NCBI GenBank assembly: GCA_002422865.1
Contig: DITN01000087.1
Location: 25,084 to 89,083 of the forward strand
Source: Bacteroidetes bacterium UBA6183
Lineage (GTDB): Bacteria; Bacteroidota; Bacteroidia; UKL13-3
DNA: 64,000 bases
Direction of reading: 5' to 3'
The notes under the pieces were generated by a model. It made no database searches. It saw only the letters and a program-made list of their open reading frames with translations, and was not told the DNA's origin. This document shows positions 48,927 to 57,402 of this stretch, in pieces (the stretch's first letter is position 1; each line of letters starts with the position of its first letter). A program made the translations under genes and the position numbers.

Positions 48927-51437
48927 ATGAGCAATATTAGAGTCACAACTCCTTCATTTGTTTTCGGATATTGGAGGCCGTGGAACGAAAATTCTAATTT
49001 AACCGAAAGCTATCTTAATTATGTTAAGGATGTTTCTTTGGTTAAATACGGTGCTGATGTTGTTGGAAAATATGTTAAAGAGGCCTCCCAAGAACAGGTA
49101 AATGCCATATCGAAGCTTGGTAATAAAATTGGAAGCGGTTTTGATTTGCTATCCAATAAATTGGATACTGTGAATGAGGAGTTGCGTTTTTTAAATGCTA
49201 ACACAGAGATTCTTGTTGAACAACAAAGGCTTAGTAATATTTTGCTCGAAGATATTATTGAGCTTCTCCGAGTACCTGATAGTGAAAAAGAACGCCAACA
49301 TGCCATAGAACTTGGTATAAAGTTCTTTGTTAATGCCCAAAAAGACCACACACTATTTGATGATGCTTTAGAGCAACTTCAAAAGGCAGAAGCCTTAATG
49401 AAACAAGATTATTTTGTGCTTCACAGAATTGGGTGTATACATCTGTATGTAGAGAACCATTTAGACATTAAAAAAGCAAGGGATTATTTCATTAAATCAG
49501 CCAAATACTCAAGTGTAGAAAGTGGCCCCGATGCAGTTAGATTGGCAAATGCTTTAACAGAAAACACCCTAAACAAGCAAAAGCGACATGATGAAATAAA
49601 CTCCTTTATAGAAAATTTAAATTGGGAAACATACCCTGAGCTTCAAAAAATTAATGTCTTTGATTTAAGCTATGACGAAGATACAATATTTTTTAAAATT
49701 GCTACAGAAGGTGTGTTTGACTCCCTATTTGAAGAAGCAGCACAAATTATTGTTCAGCATCAACAGGGTTCAACGTCATTGCTGCAACGCAAACTTAATT
49801 TGGGTTATAACCGTGCTGGGTTATTGATAGACCAATTAGAGAAAGCTGAAATTGTTGGTCCATTTCACGGAAGCAAAGCTCGTGAAGTATTGGTTAATAA
49901 TGTTGATTTGCTTGAGATTAAACTTAGAAAAATTAAACGAGATTCAAAAATATTAAAGACTATTGGTCAATACAATCCTATAACTTTATCAGCTGAAGAG
50001 TTAATTGATGAACAGGAGGATGTTAAAAAACAAGGGTTAATTAGGTCAGAAGTAATGGAAATATCCTCCATTATTGAAAATATCAACCTTAAACATCAAT
50101 ATTATGGAACAAACTCTCTGAAAGCCCTTGCCTCAGATTCGTACCAAAAGGCTGCGTTTTGTTCATATATTTTGGGTGAGTTTGAGAAAGCAGTTACCTA
50201 TCAACAAGAGGCAACAGATCTAGTAAATAGCCCTGAAAACCTTTACCTACTGGCCAAGTATCTGACAAGAAATAGTCAACAGAGTGAAGCTGTTGAGAAC
50301 CTTAGTGCTGCAATTGATTTAATGCCAGCTATGGCTTTAGCCGTTTTTAAAGAAATTGATTTATTGAATACTCCAGAGATTCTTAAATTAATTGAAAAGA
50401 AGAACGAAGAAATTAACGACAAAGTCAATGAATTAATTGAAGAATGGAAAGATATAAAATCTAAAATATCATTAGATGAAATCAACCATTTGAATTTAGC
50501 ATTGAATAGCTCCTATGATATAAAAGTTGCTTCACACAACAAATCAAAAGAAATATTAAAAGATACTGTTAAAAAGATTGATATTCAAAAACAAGAAATA
50601 GATGAGACCATATCAGAGTTTAATAGTAAGACAGTAATCAAACCAACCGATGATTTAATTGATAATCTAAACAAGTCAAAAGATTTAACACTTGAGGAAA
50701 TGGAGCAGATCCACATTGAGTTAGAAGAGAAGCTCAATAATACTGTTGTGAAAATTGGCTCAAACTACCAAGGAGGTTTAGTTTTTCACCTTGATGAGAG
50801 TGGTAAGCATGGTTTAATATGTGCAGAAAATATATTCGAATCAGCTGTTTGGGGGGGAGATGGTATGAAATGTAGAACTACTCAAAAATTAGGATCTGGT
50901 AAAAACAATACAACTAATATCAATAAAAATGCCGGAACGAAGACTAAAGATTCTGTACTATTCTTGGCGACCGGCTTAACGGTCCTCTGGTTTTTTTGGG
51001 GAGGTATTAAACAAATATTATTAAAAGGCGATGTTTCAATACCCTTGTTAACTCAAGATGGAATTTACTGGGGGTTTAGATTAGGCATCTTTGCATTCAT
51101 AATATTTTCGGTACTTTTCATTGGCTCAAAAAATAAAACTAAACTAACAACAGCCGCAGAATTGTGCTTAAAATCAACCCTCAACGGTTTTAATGATTGG
51201 TTTTTACCATCTATTGAAGAACTTGAGTTAATTCATAAAAATCTTTATTCTCAGGGAAAACTTGAAAACCTTACAGAGCAAACATGCTGGAGTAGCAGCG
51301 AATACATTCATGACTCACTATCCATCGCTGAAAAATATGCAAATGCTTATTGTTTGAACTTTAACAAAACAAGCACAGACCAAATGTTCGATAAGCGATT
51401 AAACAAAAACGGTGTATTAATGGTCAGGTCGTTTTAA
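48927..51437 (+). CDS. 836-aa multidomain protein: N-terminal helical domain, FtsK-gamma-like winged helix, coiled-coil/TPR-like region, and a DUF1566 (Lcl C-terminal-like) domain interrupted by two TM helices
   Basis: 'FEEAAQIIVQHQQGSTSLLQRKLNLGYNRAGLLIDQLEKAEIVGPFHGSKAREVLV' aligns with the FtsK gamma domain '[29 protein letters not shown]...REVL'. 'GGLVFHLDESGKHGLICA' and 'NDWFLPSIEELELI...WSSSEY...GVLMVRSF' are DUF1566-like. TM 'VLFLATGLTVLWFFWGG' and 'WGFRLGIFAFIIFSVLFIG'. Confidence 0.75.
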   Translation: MSNIRVTTPSFVFGYWRPWNENSNLTESYLNYVKDVSLVKYGADVVGKYVKEASQEQVNAISKLGNKIGSGFDLLSNKLDTVNEELRFLNANTEILVEQQRLSNILLEDIIELLRVPDSEKERQHAIELGIKFFVNAQKDHTLFDDALEQLQKAEALMKQDYFVLHRIGCIHLYVENHLDIKKARDYFIKSAKYSSVESGPDAVRLANALTENTLNKQKRHDEINSFIENLNWETYPELQKINVFDLSYDEDTIFFKIATEGVFDSLFEEAAQIIVQHQQGSTSLLQRKLNLGYNRAGLLIDQLEKAEIVGPFHGSKAREVLVNNVDLLEIKLRKIKRDSKILKTIGQYNPITLSAEELIDEQEDVKKQGLIRSEVMEISSIIENINLKHQYYGTNSLKALASDSYQKAAFCSYILGEFEKAVTYQQEATDLVNSPENLYLLAKYLTRNSQQSEAVENLSAAIDLMPAMALAVFKEIDLLNTPEILKLIEKKNEEINDKVNELIEEWKDIKSKISLDEINHLNLALNSSYDIKVASHNKSKEILKDTVKKIDIQKQEIDETISEFNSKTVIKPTDDLIDNLNKSKDLTLEEMEQIHIELEEKLNNTVVKIGSNYQGGLVFHLDESGKHGLICAENIFESAVWGGDGMKCRTTQKLGSGKNNTTNINKNAGTKTKDSVLFLATGLTVLWFFWGGIKQILLKGDVSIPLLTQDGIYWGFRLGIFAFIIFSVLFIGSKNKTKLTTAAELCLKSTLNGFNDWFLPSIEELELIHKNLYSQGKLENLTEQTCWSSSEYIHDSLSIAEKYANAYCLNFNKTSTDQMFDKRLNKNGVLMVRSF

Positions 51438-51472
51438 TTTTATAATTGCTACCTTCCCGATCAAAACCACAC

Positions 51473-51808
51473 ATGAAAAACCTAACCCTATTTACCGCGT
51501 TTTTATTGCTATCAGCAATTTCATCAGCGCAAACTGTATTTTCGGTTGATTATGTTTCGAGGGCAGATGTAAAAGTGTTTGTTGTTGATTATGAAAGTCA
51601 GGCTGATTTGGTGGTGTACAAAGCCAAATACAAAAGCGAGGCAAAAGGAAACGAAGGTTTATGGCATTTTGTGCAATACCAATCGCAAGCCGATAAGAAA
51701 ATTTATTTTGTAAAGTATAAATCTCAGGCCGATTTACTCATTTATTTTACACCCTACAAAAGCAAAGCCGGTTGGCGCAATAAACAAAAACAACAGCTGA
51801 TGTTTTAA
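51473..51808 (+). CDS. small secreted tandem-repeat protein (Y-x-S-Q/R-A-D-L/V repeats)
   Basis: Signal peptide 'MKNLTLFTAFLLLSAISSAQ'. Then four or more repeats: DYVSRADVKVFVV, DYESQADLVVYKA, YQSQADKKIYFVK, YKSQADLLIYFTP. Confidence 0.65.
   Translation: MKNLTLFTAFLLLSAISSAQTVFSVDYVSRADVKVFVVDYESQADLVVYKAKYKSEAKGNEGLWHFVQYQSQADKKIYFVKYKSQADLLIYFTPYKSKAGWRNKQKQQLMF
51756..51808 (+). repeat. repeat copy R1 (3' end of the repeat-protein gene): ...CAAAAGCAAAGCCGGTTGGCGCAATAAACAAAAACAACAGCTGATGTTTTA
   Basis: A 53-bp near-identical copy occurs at 54563-54616 and a 20-bp core copy at 53181-53200. The core AAACAACAGCTGATGTTTT is an imperfect palindrome centred on CAGCTG. Confidence 0.8.
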
Positions 51809-52003
51809 TTTGGCATCTCTCCTATTTTATTATAATTGGCACTTACATTGTACCAATATAAACAACATTTTTAGTTCTTTACTTTGCTTAAATCTGCACA
51901 AGTAGTATTTAACAATAACTACGCTCAATAATTTATATAAAAACTTGTTTTATTTATCATTATATTTTATACCTTTGGGTATAATACCATATAGTATAAA
52001 AAC

Positions 52004-53164
52004 ATGAAAGATTCTCCATTTATATATGGCTCAACCGTTAGTGTCCATGCATTTACCAATAGAGAGGTTGAAACGAAAAAACTCAGCGGCAATTTACTTA
52101 ATGGAATAAATACAACCATTATATCTCCTCGCAGGTGGGGGAAATCATCTTTAGTGGAGAAGGTAACAACCGACATTGCCAAAAAACACAAAAATGTAAA
52201 GGTTGTGCTAATAGATCTATTTTCGGTAAGCAGTGAGGAGGAGTTTTTGGAAGCTTTTGCACGTGAAGTTATTAAATCTTCATCGTCAAAATGGCAAGAA
52301 TGGCTGGCAAGTGGTAAGGATTTTTTTAAGCAACTAACGCCCAAGCTTAGTGTAGGTGTAGATCCCCAATCTGATTTTAGCCTAGGGTTTGATTGGAAAG
52401 AATTAAGCAAAAACAGTGATGAGGTATTGAATCTGCCAGAAAATATTGCCAACAAAAAGAATATTAAATTTATTATTTGTCTAGATGAGTTTCAAAACCT
52501 AAGCACATTTAACCATGCTGCAAATTTTGAGAAAAAGCTCAGGGCTAACTGGCAGCGACATAAGCTGGTTACTTACTGCCTATACGGTAGCAAACGTCAC
52601 ATGATGACGGAAATATTCAACAATGCCTCCAAACCTTTTTACCGATTTGGGGATATAATGCTGCTGCCCAAAATAGAAACAGCTAAATGGCAGCAATTTA
52701 TTACTGAGGGTTTTGAGAAAACCAGTAAAAGGATTGACGCATCAACCGCTGCATGTATTCCACAAGTGATGAAAAACCACTCATGGTACGTGCAACAATT
52801 GGCGCATTACACCTGGAATGTTACAGCTAAAAAAGCAGGCATCACAGAAGTTAATGCTGCATTAACTGAGTTGATTCAGGCAAATACACCCCTGTATCAA
52901 CGGGAAATTGAAATTATTAGCACTACCCAACTTAACCTGTTAAAAGCCATTTGCAAGGGAGAAACAAGGTTTACTAGTGCAGCCGTAATGAAGGAGTATG
53001 CTATTGGAACACCTCGAAACGTGAGCAAAAACAAAACTATACTCATCAATAACGATATTGTTCACGAGGTTGATGGTAGTTACGAATTTTTAGACCCCGC
53101 ATTTGAACTTTGGTTTAAAAAACAATATTTTAATCAATCTTATTTAATTAAACCCTTAATTTAG
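52004..53164 (+). CDS. AAA+ ATPase (archaeal-ATPase / PF01637-like)
   Basis: Walker A 'ISPRRWGKSSLVEK'. Walker B 'FIICLDEFQNL'. C-terminal winged-helix-like region. Confidence 0.8.
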   Translation: MKDSPFIYGSTVSVHAFTNREVETKKLSGNLLNGINTTIISPRRWGKSSLVEKVTTDIAKKHKNVKVVLIDLFSVSSEEEFLEAFAREVIKSSSSKWQEWLASGKDFFKQLTPKLSVGVDPQSDFSLGFDWKELSKNSDEVLNLPENIANKKNIKFIICLDEFQNLSTFNHAANFEKKLRANWQRHKLVTYCLYGSKRHMMTEIFNNASKPFYRFGDIMLLPKIETAKWQQFITEGFEKTSKRIDASTAACIPQVMKNHSWYVQQLAHYTWNVTAKKAGITEVNAALTELIQANTPLYQREIEIISTTQLNLLKAICKGETRFTSAAVMKEYAIGTPRNVSKNKTILINNDIVHEVDGSYEFLDPAFELWFKKQYFNQSYLIKPLI

Positions 53165-53180
53165 TTAACGCAGCATGGTA

Positions 53181-53200
53181 AAACAACAGCTGATGTTTTA
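53181..53200 (+). repeat. repeat copy R2 (core AAACAACAGCTGATGTTTTA) between the two ATPase cassettes
   Basis: Exact 20-bp match to the ends of R1 and R3. Shares the TTTTAGG ending with R3. Confidence 0.75.
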
Positions 53201-53235
53201 GGGAAAAATAGATACTGTTTTACGTCAAATCAACT

Positions 53236-54378
53236 TTACTTCATAATTTCTCCTGCCCAAAGCTTTTGTAAAAAAACGTTCCAGGGTAAAACCAAAATAT
53301 TATCAATAAGCCTTGGCATAGGTTCGTTACAAACTAAAATAAGTTGTTTGGTTTTGTATTCTTCGGCAAAACTTTTTAACCCCGATAAGTGGCGCGAAGA
53401 AACCTTAGAAGTAGATTTTACTTCTACAGCAATTTCATTATCGCCCAAAATAAAATCAACTTCAATTTGTGATGCCGTGCGCCAATAAGAAATTGGATAC
53501 GATAATCCGGAGTATTGACTGTGTGCGTATATTTCGTGGTAAACAAAGTGCTCAAAAGCATTACCAAAAACTTCACTTCCGAATTCAATTTTACCTCGCT
53601 TAAGCAAGTAGTTTACGATACCAACATCAAAAAAATAAAACTTAGGTGCGGTTATCACCCTTCTTTTCGGTTTCTTTTGGTATGATGGCACAAACCTACC
53701 TACCAACGTATCTTCCAGTATTTGAAAATACTCTTTTACTGTAGGTGCTGAAACACCGCAATCAGAGGCAATGTTAGCGTAATTTACCATCTCACCATTA
53801 CTAAATGCGGCAGCTTCTAAAAACTTAGCAAACGATTGTATGTTCCTGATTTTTGCCTCGGCAGCTATCTCGTCTTTAAGGTAATTACCAATATAGGCCG
53901 ATTGTAATTTTTTGACGTTGGCAGCTAAATAGTGGCGAGGCAACAAACCATTATTTAACGCTCTTAATAAATCAAAATTGGGAATCTCGCTACTTACCAA
54001 TGGGTATAACTCGTATCTATGCGCCCTGCCACCCAAAAGATTGTAGCCACCGCGTATTATTTTTCTAGAGCTTGATCCACTAAGTATAAATTGTATGCTC
54101 TTGTTTGTAATGAGCCAATGCACTTCATTTAATAAATCGGGTATGCGTTGTATTTCATCAATAATCACCAAATTGGCTTCGGGTTGTGCCAAAATAGTTT
54201 CCCTGAGTATTGAAGGATTGTTAGAGAGTCGTTCGTAAACATCAGAAAGCAACAAATCAAACCAAATTGCATGAGGAAACATCTCTTTTAAAAGCGTGCT
54301 TTTTCCGGTTTGGCGTGCGCCCCACAAAAATAAACTGTGGTTTTCTGCATCAATTAATATTTGTTTTCTAGTAAACAT
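53236..54378 (-). CDS. AAA+ ATPase with C-terminal DUF4143 (AAA_14 family)
   Basis: Walker A 'LWGARQTGKSTLLKE'. Walker B 'LVIIDEIQRIPD'. C-terminal 'VITAPKFYFFDVGIVNYLLKRG...' is DUF4143-like. Confidence 0.85.
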   Translation of the reverse strand: MFTRKQILIDAENHSLFLWGARQTGKSTLLKEMFPHAIWFDLLLSDVYERLSNNPSILRETILAQPEANLVIIDEIQRIPDLLNEVHWLITNKSIQFILSGSSSRKIIRGGYNLLGGRAHRYELYPLVSSEIPNFDLLRALNNGLLPRHYLAANVKKLQSAYIGNYLKDEIAAEAKIRNIQSFAKFLEAAAFSNGEMVNYANIASDCGVSAPTVKEYFQILEDTLVGRFVPSYQKKPKRRVITAPKFYFFDVGIVNYLLKRGKIEFGSEVFGNAFEHFVYHEIYAHSQYSGLSYPISYWRTASQIEVDFILGDNEIAVEVKSTSKVSSRHLSGLKSFAEEYKTKQLILVCNEPMPRLIDNILVLPWNVFLQKLWAGEIMK

Positions 54379-54562
54379 TTAACAAATGTACTTTACTTTA
54401 TCATGATAAACAAAAGTGTTACTTTGTTTTATCTTGTAATTTAGCTGGTAGTATATTTACATTTTACTACGCTTTGGCGTTCTGCATTATCTTGCTCATC
54501 AAACCACTATATACCTAAAAAACCTAACCTTACTTACCACATTTTTATTGATTGCAGTAATT

Positions 54563-54616
54563 ACAAAAGCAAAGCTAGCTGGCGTAATAAACAAAAACAA
54601 CAGCTGATGTTTTAGG
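54563..54616 (+). repeat. repeat copy R3 (decayed duplicate of the repeat-protein gene 3' end, 4 mismatches vs R1)
   Basis: TACAAAAGCAAAGCTAGCTGGCGTAATAAACAAAAACAACAGCTGATGTTTTAGG. The upstream coding portion is not conserved, so conservation is confined to the last roughly 50 bp. Confidence 0.8.
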
Positions 54617-54822
54617 CAAAACCTAATCATATAGCACATTCCGGGTTGCATAGTTTACCATACAACACAAGCATTTTATCTACATACTTCCACCAAGGTT
54701 GTTTTTAAACCGATGAACGATTTGTTTTTATACACGAAGGAAGTAGTTATAAACCCAACATGGTATTATTTAAAACTTCACAATTTATTTAAGCATATTG
54801 CATTTTAAAGTAAGCACGTATA

Positions 54823-55542
54823 ATGATTAAATATGCAGTTTTAGATGATGACGCCCTGATAATTGAAGAACTTGACAACTTGATGCTTAATGATAACCGA
54901 TTTAAAAACATTGGAAATGCTTGTAATATCAGACAACTGCAGGATATTTTATTAAAGAATAAACCTCAATTGGTTTTTGCAGATATTAAAATTGGTAACG
55001 ATAATTTTTTAGATTTTTGGAATAAACTCGACCAAAGGCCCGAACTTATTATCATTACTTCGTACCCGGAATACGCATTAAGTGCTTTTGAGCACGAAGC
55101 ATTACACTTTATAACCAAACCCATCAAACCCGAAAAATTATTTACTGCAGTTGAAAGGGCCTACCGAAAAATAACGCTTCATATTGCTTCAAAAGAGCTC
55201 ACTTTTTTCTTTTTACAAACCGGGAAAAATAAATACACTCGCGTGGCTTTTGATGAAATTTTATTTATTGAGGCCGATGGTGAATACCTTAAATTACATT
55301 TGGTTGATGATAGGGAACTGTTGGTTTTTAAACGACTTAAAGCCCTATTACAAGAGCTGCCCGCAAATCGATTTAAACAAATTCATAGGTCTTACATTAT
55401 TAATGTTTCACAAATTGATAGTATAGACTACCACGAGGTAGCTTTTAAAGGCAACAAAACCGTGCCTGTTGGTAAAACTTATAAGAGTGCAATAGAAGAA
55501 ATATTGCTCGGAAACTCAACTTCCATCCCAAATAAAAATTAA
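54823..55542 (+). CDS. LytTR-family response regulator (paralog of 44978-45670)
   Basis: Receiver domain plus LytTR domain, 'ILFIEADGEYLKLHL'. About 40% identity by eye to the first response regulator. Confidence 0.88.
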   Translation: MIKYAVLDDDALIIEELDNLMLNDNRFKNIGNACNIRQLQDILLKNKPQLVFADIKIGNDNFLDFWNKLDQRPELIIITSYPEYALSAFEHEALHFITKPIKPEKLFTAVERAYRKITLHIASKELTFFFLQTGKNKYTRVAFDEILFIEADGEYLKLHLVDDRELLVFKRLKALLQELPANRFKQIHRSYIINVSQIDSIDYHEVAFKGNKTVPVGKTYKSAIEEILLGNSTSIPNKN

Positions 55543-57242
55543 TTAAAAAACACCTCCGCTATTGCGCGGTTGTTTAGTTTTTTAAAGCTGTATTTTGCTT
55601 TATTTTGTTTTGAAAAAAACTGAATAATTTCACTGCCGGCTGTTGGCTTGTTGCTAATATCAAGATCTGCAATACTATTTTCTATCCTAATTTTAATGCC
55701 ATTAGATGTCAACTCTTTAATGGTAATGTAACCTTGCTCCTTGTTGTGTTTTATTGCGTTTAATAATATGTTTCTAAACAATACTTTAAGGCTTGGGTAA
55801 TCACCTCGTACAATAAGCTCTTCAGGTAAATGATTTGATATGCCAATTCTTTTATCTGTGGCCACAAACCTCAGGTCTTCAAGTAACTCATGTATCAACT
55901 CAAACAAATCAACTTCCTTAAACTCCACTTTTTTATTTCCATGAACCTTTAATGCCATGTTTAGCGTATCATCCAATAAATACTCATAACTAATAAGGTT
56001 ACTTTTAGCTGTATTTGTACCATTTGGCTTATTTAATGCATTGGCAATTTGTGCAACAGGGCTGCGTAAATCGTGTGATAAAGCAGTAGTTATCCAGTTG
56101 TTGTATAATGTTGATTTTTTAAGTCGTTTAAATCCGTAAAACACAAAACCCAATAACACAAACACAATTAATAAAAGTGCAGTAAGCCAACTTATAAAAA
56201 GTCGGTTGCGATTTCTTTCTTTTTCAATTTCACTGTTCGCCTCCTTAAGCAAATCTGCAGCTACACTTCTTGAGGCTAAAAACTGCTCCTTGTAGTCATA
56301 CTCAACCACATTAACAGGTATTTCGGGTGACAGCATCTCTTGAGGTATTTTACTTTTTAGTTCCTCGTAATACTGCGCATAATGGCGGTTTACTTCATAA
56401 TCAGCTAGAAAATAAACAACATCGTGAGCTCTTTTTAAATAGTTATTTGCTTTGTAAAAAGAATCCTGATTGATGTAGTGTGCCACAAGGCCCATATTAA
56501 GCCTAAAATAAGCCAAGTAATTATTTAAGGAAATGGCTGTAGAAGCAAATAAATATTCAGGATGTTGCATTCCTGTGTAATAATACAAATTCATCATGCC
56601 TTCGGCCTTGTATGCTTCGCTCAATTCTTCAAGCTTTTTCTCTAAATCCTTAAGCGGGTATCGTTCCAGAAAATTTTGCTGCTGCATCAATAACGTTTCT
56701 ATGTATGGCGTGTAAGCTTGAACGAATAAAAAAGTTCCGGTTAACTTGGTAAGCTCATCGTCAATATCTAAAATATGTTCTGGAGGGATTGATTTAGCCA
56801 ATAACTTAATGCGGTTATACTTTAAAAATGCATACGCTATATGTTCCTTAGGAATGATAACCATAGCCTCTTTAATAGCCTTGTATGCATTTACGTATTG
56901 ACCTATGTATATTAATCGTTCAACTTTTAAGTTATGCAAGTAGTACCTTACTGAATCGTTAACTCCACTCCTAACCCAATTACTGTATGCCAATGCATAA
57001 TTAAGGGTATTAAACAACAAGGGTTTGTTATTGGTTAAAAAGGCCTTGTTTGCTAAATCAACACATGCAAAAATCCTTTCGTTTCCTGTTGATTGTAAAA
57101 CGCGTTGATTAAGCGCATAAACAGAATTGTTTTTAAGCCAATTACCATCGTAGTTGTAACCGGTAAACCACAGCTTATTACTTTGGGCGAAAACACCCCA
57201 AGCACAACAAACAGCCAATACAAACAATACTTTTTTAAGCAT
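55539..57242 (-). CDS. sensor histidine kinase, paralog of 45845-47512 (signal peptide, TPR-like sensor, one TM, HisKA, degenerate HATPase). The ORF extends to 57284.
   Basis: 'MLKKVLFVLAVCCAWGVFAQSNKLWFTGYNYDGNW' parallels 'QYVWFSGYSYNAPF' in the first kinase. TM 'LFISWLTALLLIVFVLLGFVFYGF'. H-box 'ALSHDLRSPVAQIAN'. N-box 'NILLNAIKHNKEQG'. Confidence 0.8.
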   Translation of the reverse strand: MLKKVLFVLAVCCAWGVFAQSNKLWFTGYNYDGNWLKNNSVYALNQRVLQSTGNERIFACVDLANKAFLTNNKPLLFNTLNYALAYSNWVRSGVNDSVRYYLHNLKVERLIYIGQYVNAYKAIKEAMVIIPKEHIAYAFLKYNRIKLLAKSIPPEHILDIDDELTKLTGTFLFVQAYTPYIETLLMQQQNFLERYPLKDLEKKLEELSEAYKAEGMMNLYYYTGMQHPEYLFASTAISLNNYLAYFRLNMGLVAHYINQDSFYKANNYLKRAHDVVYFLADYEVNRHYAQYYEELKSKIPQEMLSPEIPVNVVEYDYKEQFLASRSVAADLLKEANSEIEKERNRNRLFISWLTALLLIVFVLLGFVFYGFKRLKKSTLYNNWITTALSHDLRSPVAQIANALNKPNGTNTAKSNLISYEYLLDDTLNMALKVHGNKKVEFKEVDLFELIHELLEDLRFVATDKRIGISNHLPEELIVRGDYPSLKVLFRNILLNAIKHNKEQGYITIKELTSNGIKIRIENSIADLDISNKPTAGSEIIQFFSKQNKAKYSFKKLNNRAIAEVFFN

Positions 57243-57402
57243 ATACTTTACAAAGTAAACAAAACAACTTTTTAATACTTGCATTTATGCGTTGGTGCTA
57301 TTTAAATAAACGTTGGTGCGAGTAAGTTGGATGTTGGATGAATAGTTGAGTTTGGGTGCAGGCTGAGTTTTAATTTGCCATTCGTTACAATCATTAAACC
57401 CC

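Noticed and set aside
51809-54620. ATPase cassettes considered as an IS element or integron
   Set aside because: There is no transposase, integrase, IntI or attC-like secondary structure and no terminal inverted repeats. Only short direct repeats are present, so they are reported as unexplained repeat-flanked cassettes rather than a named mobile element.
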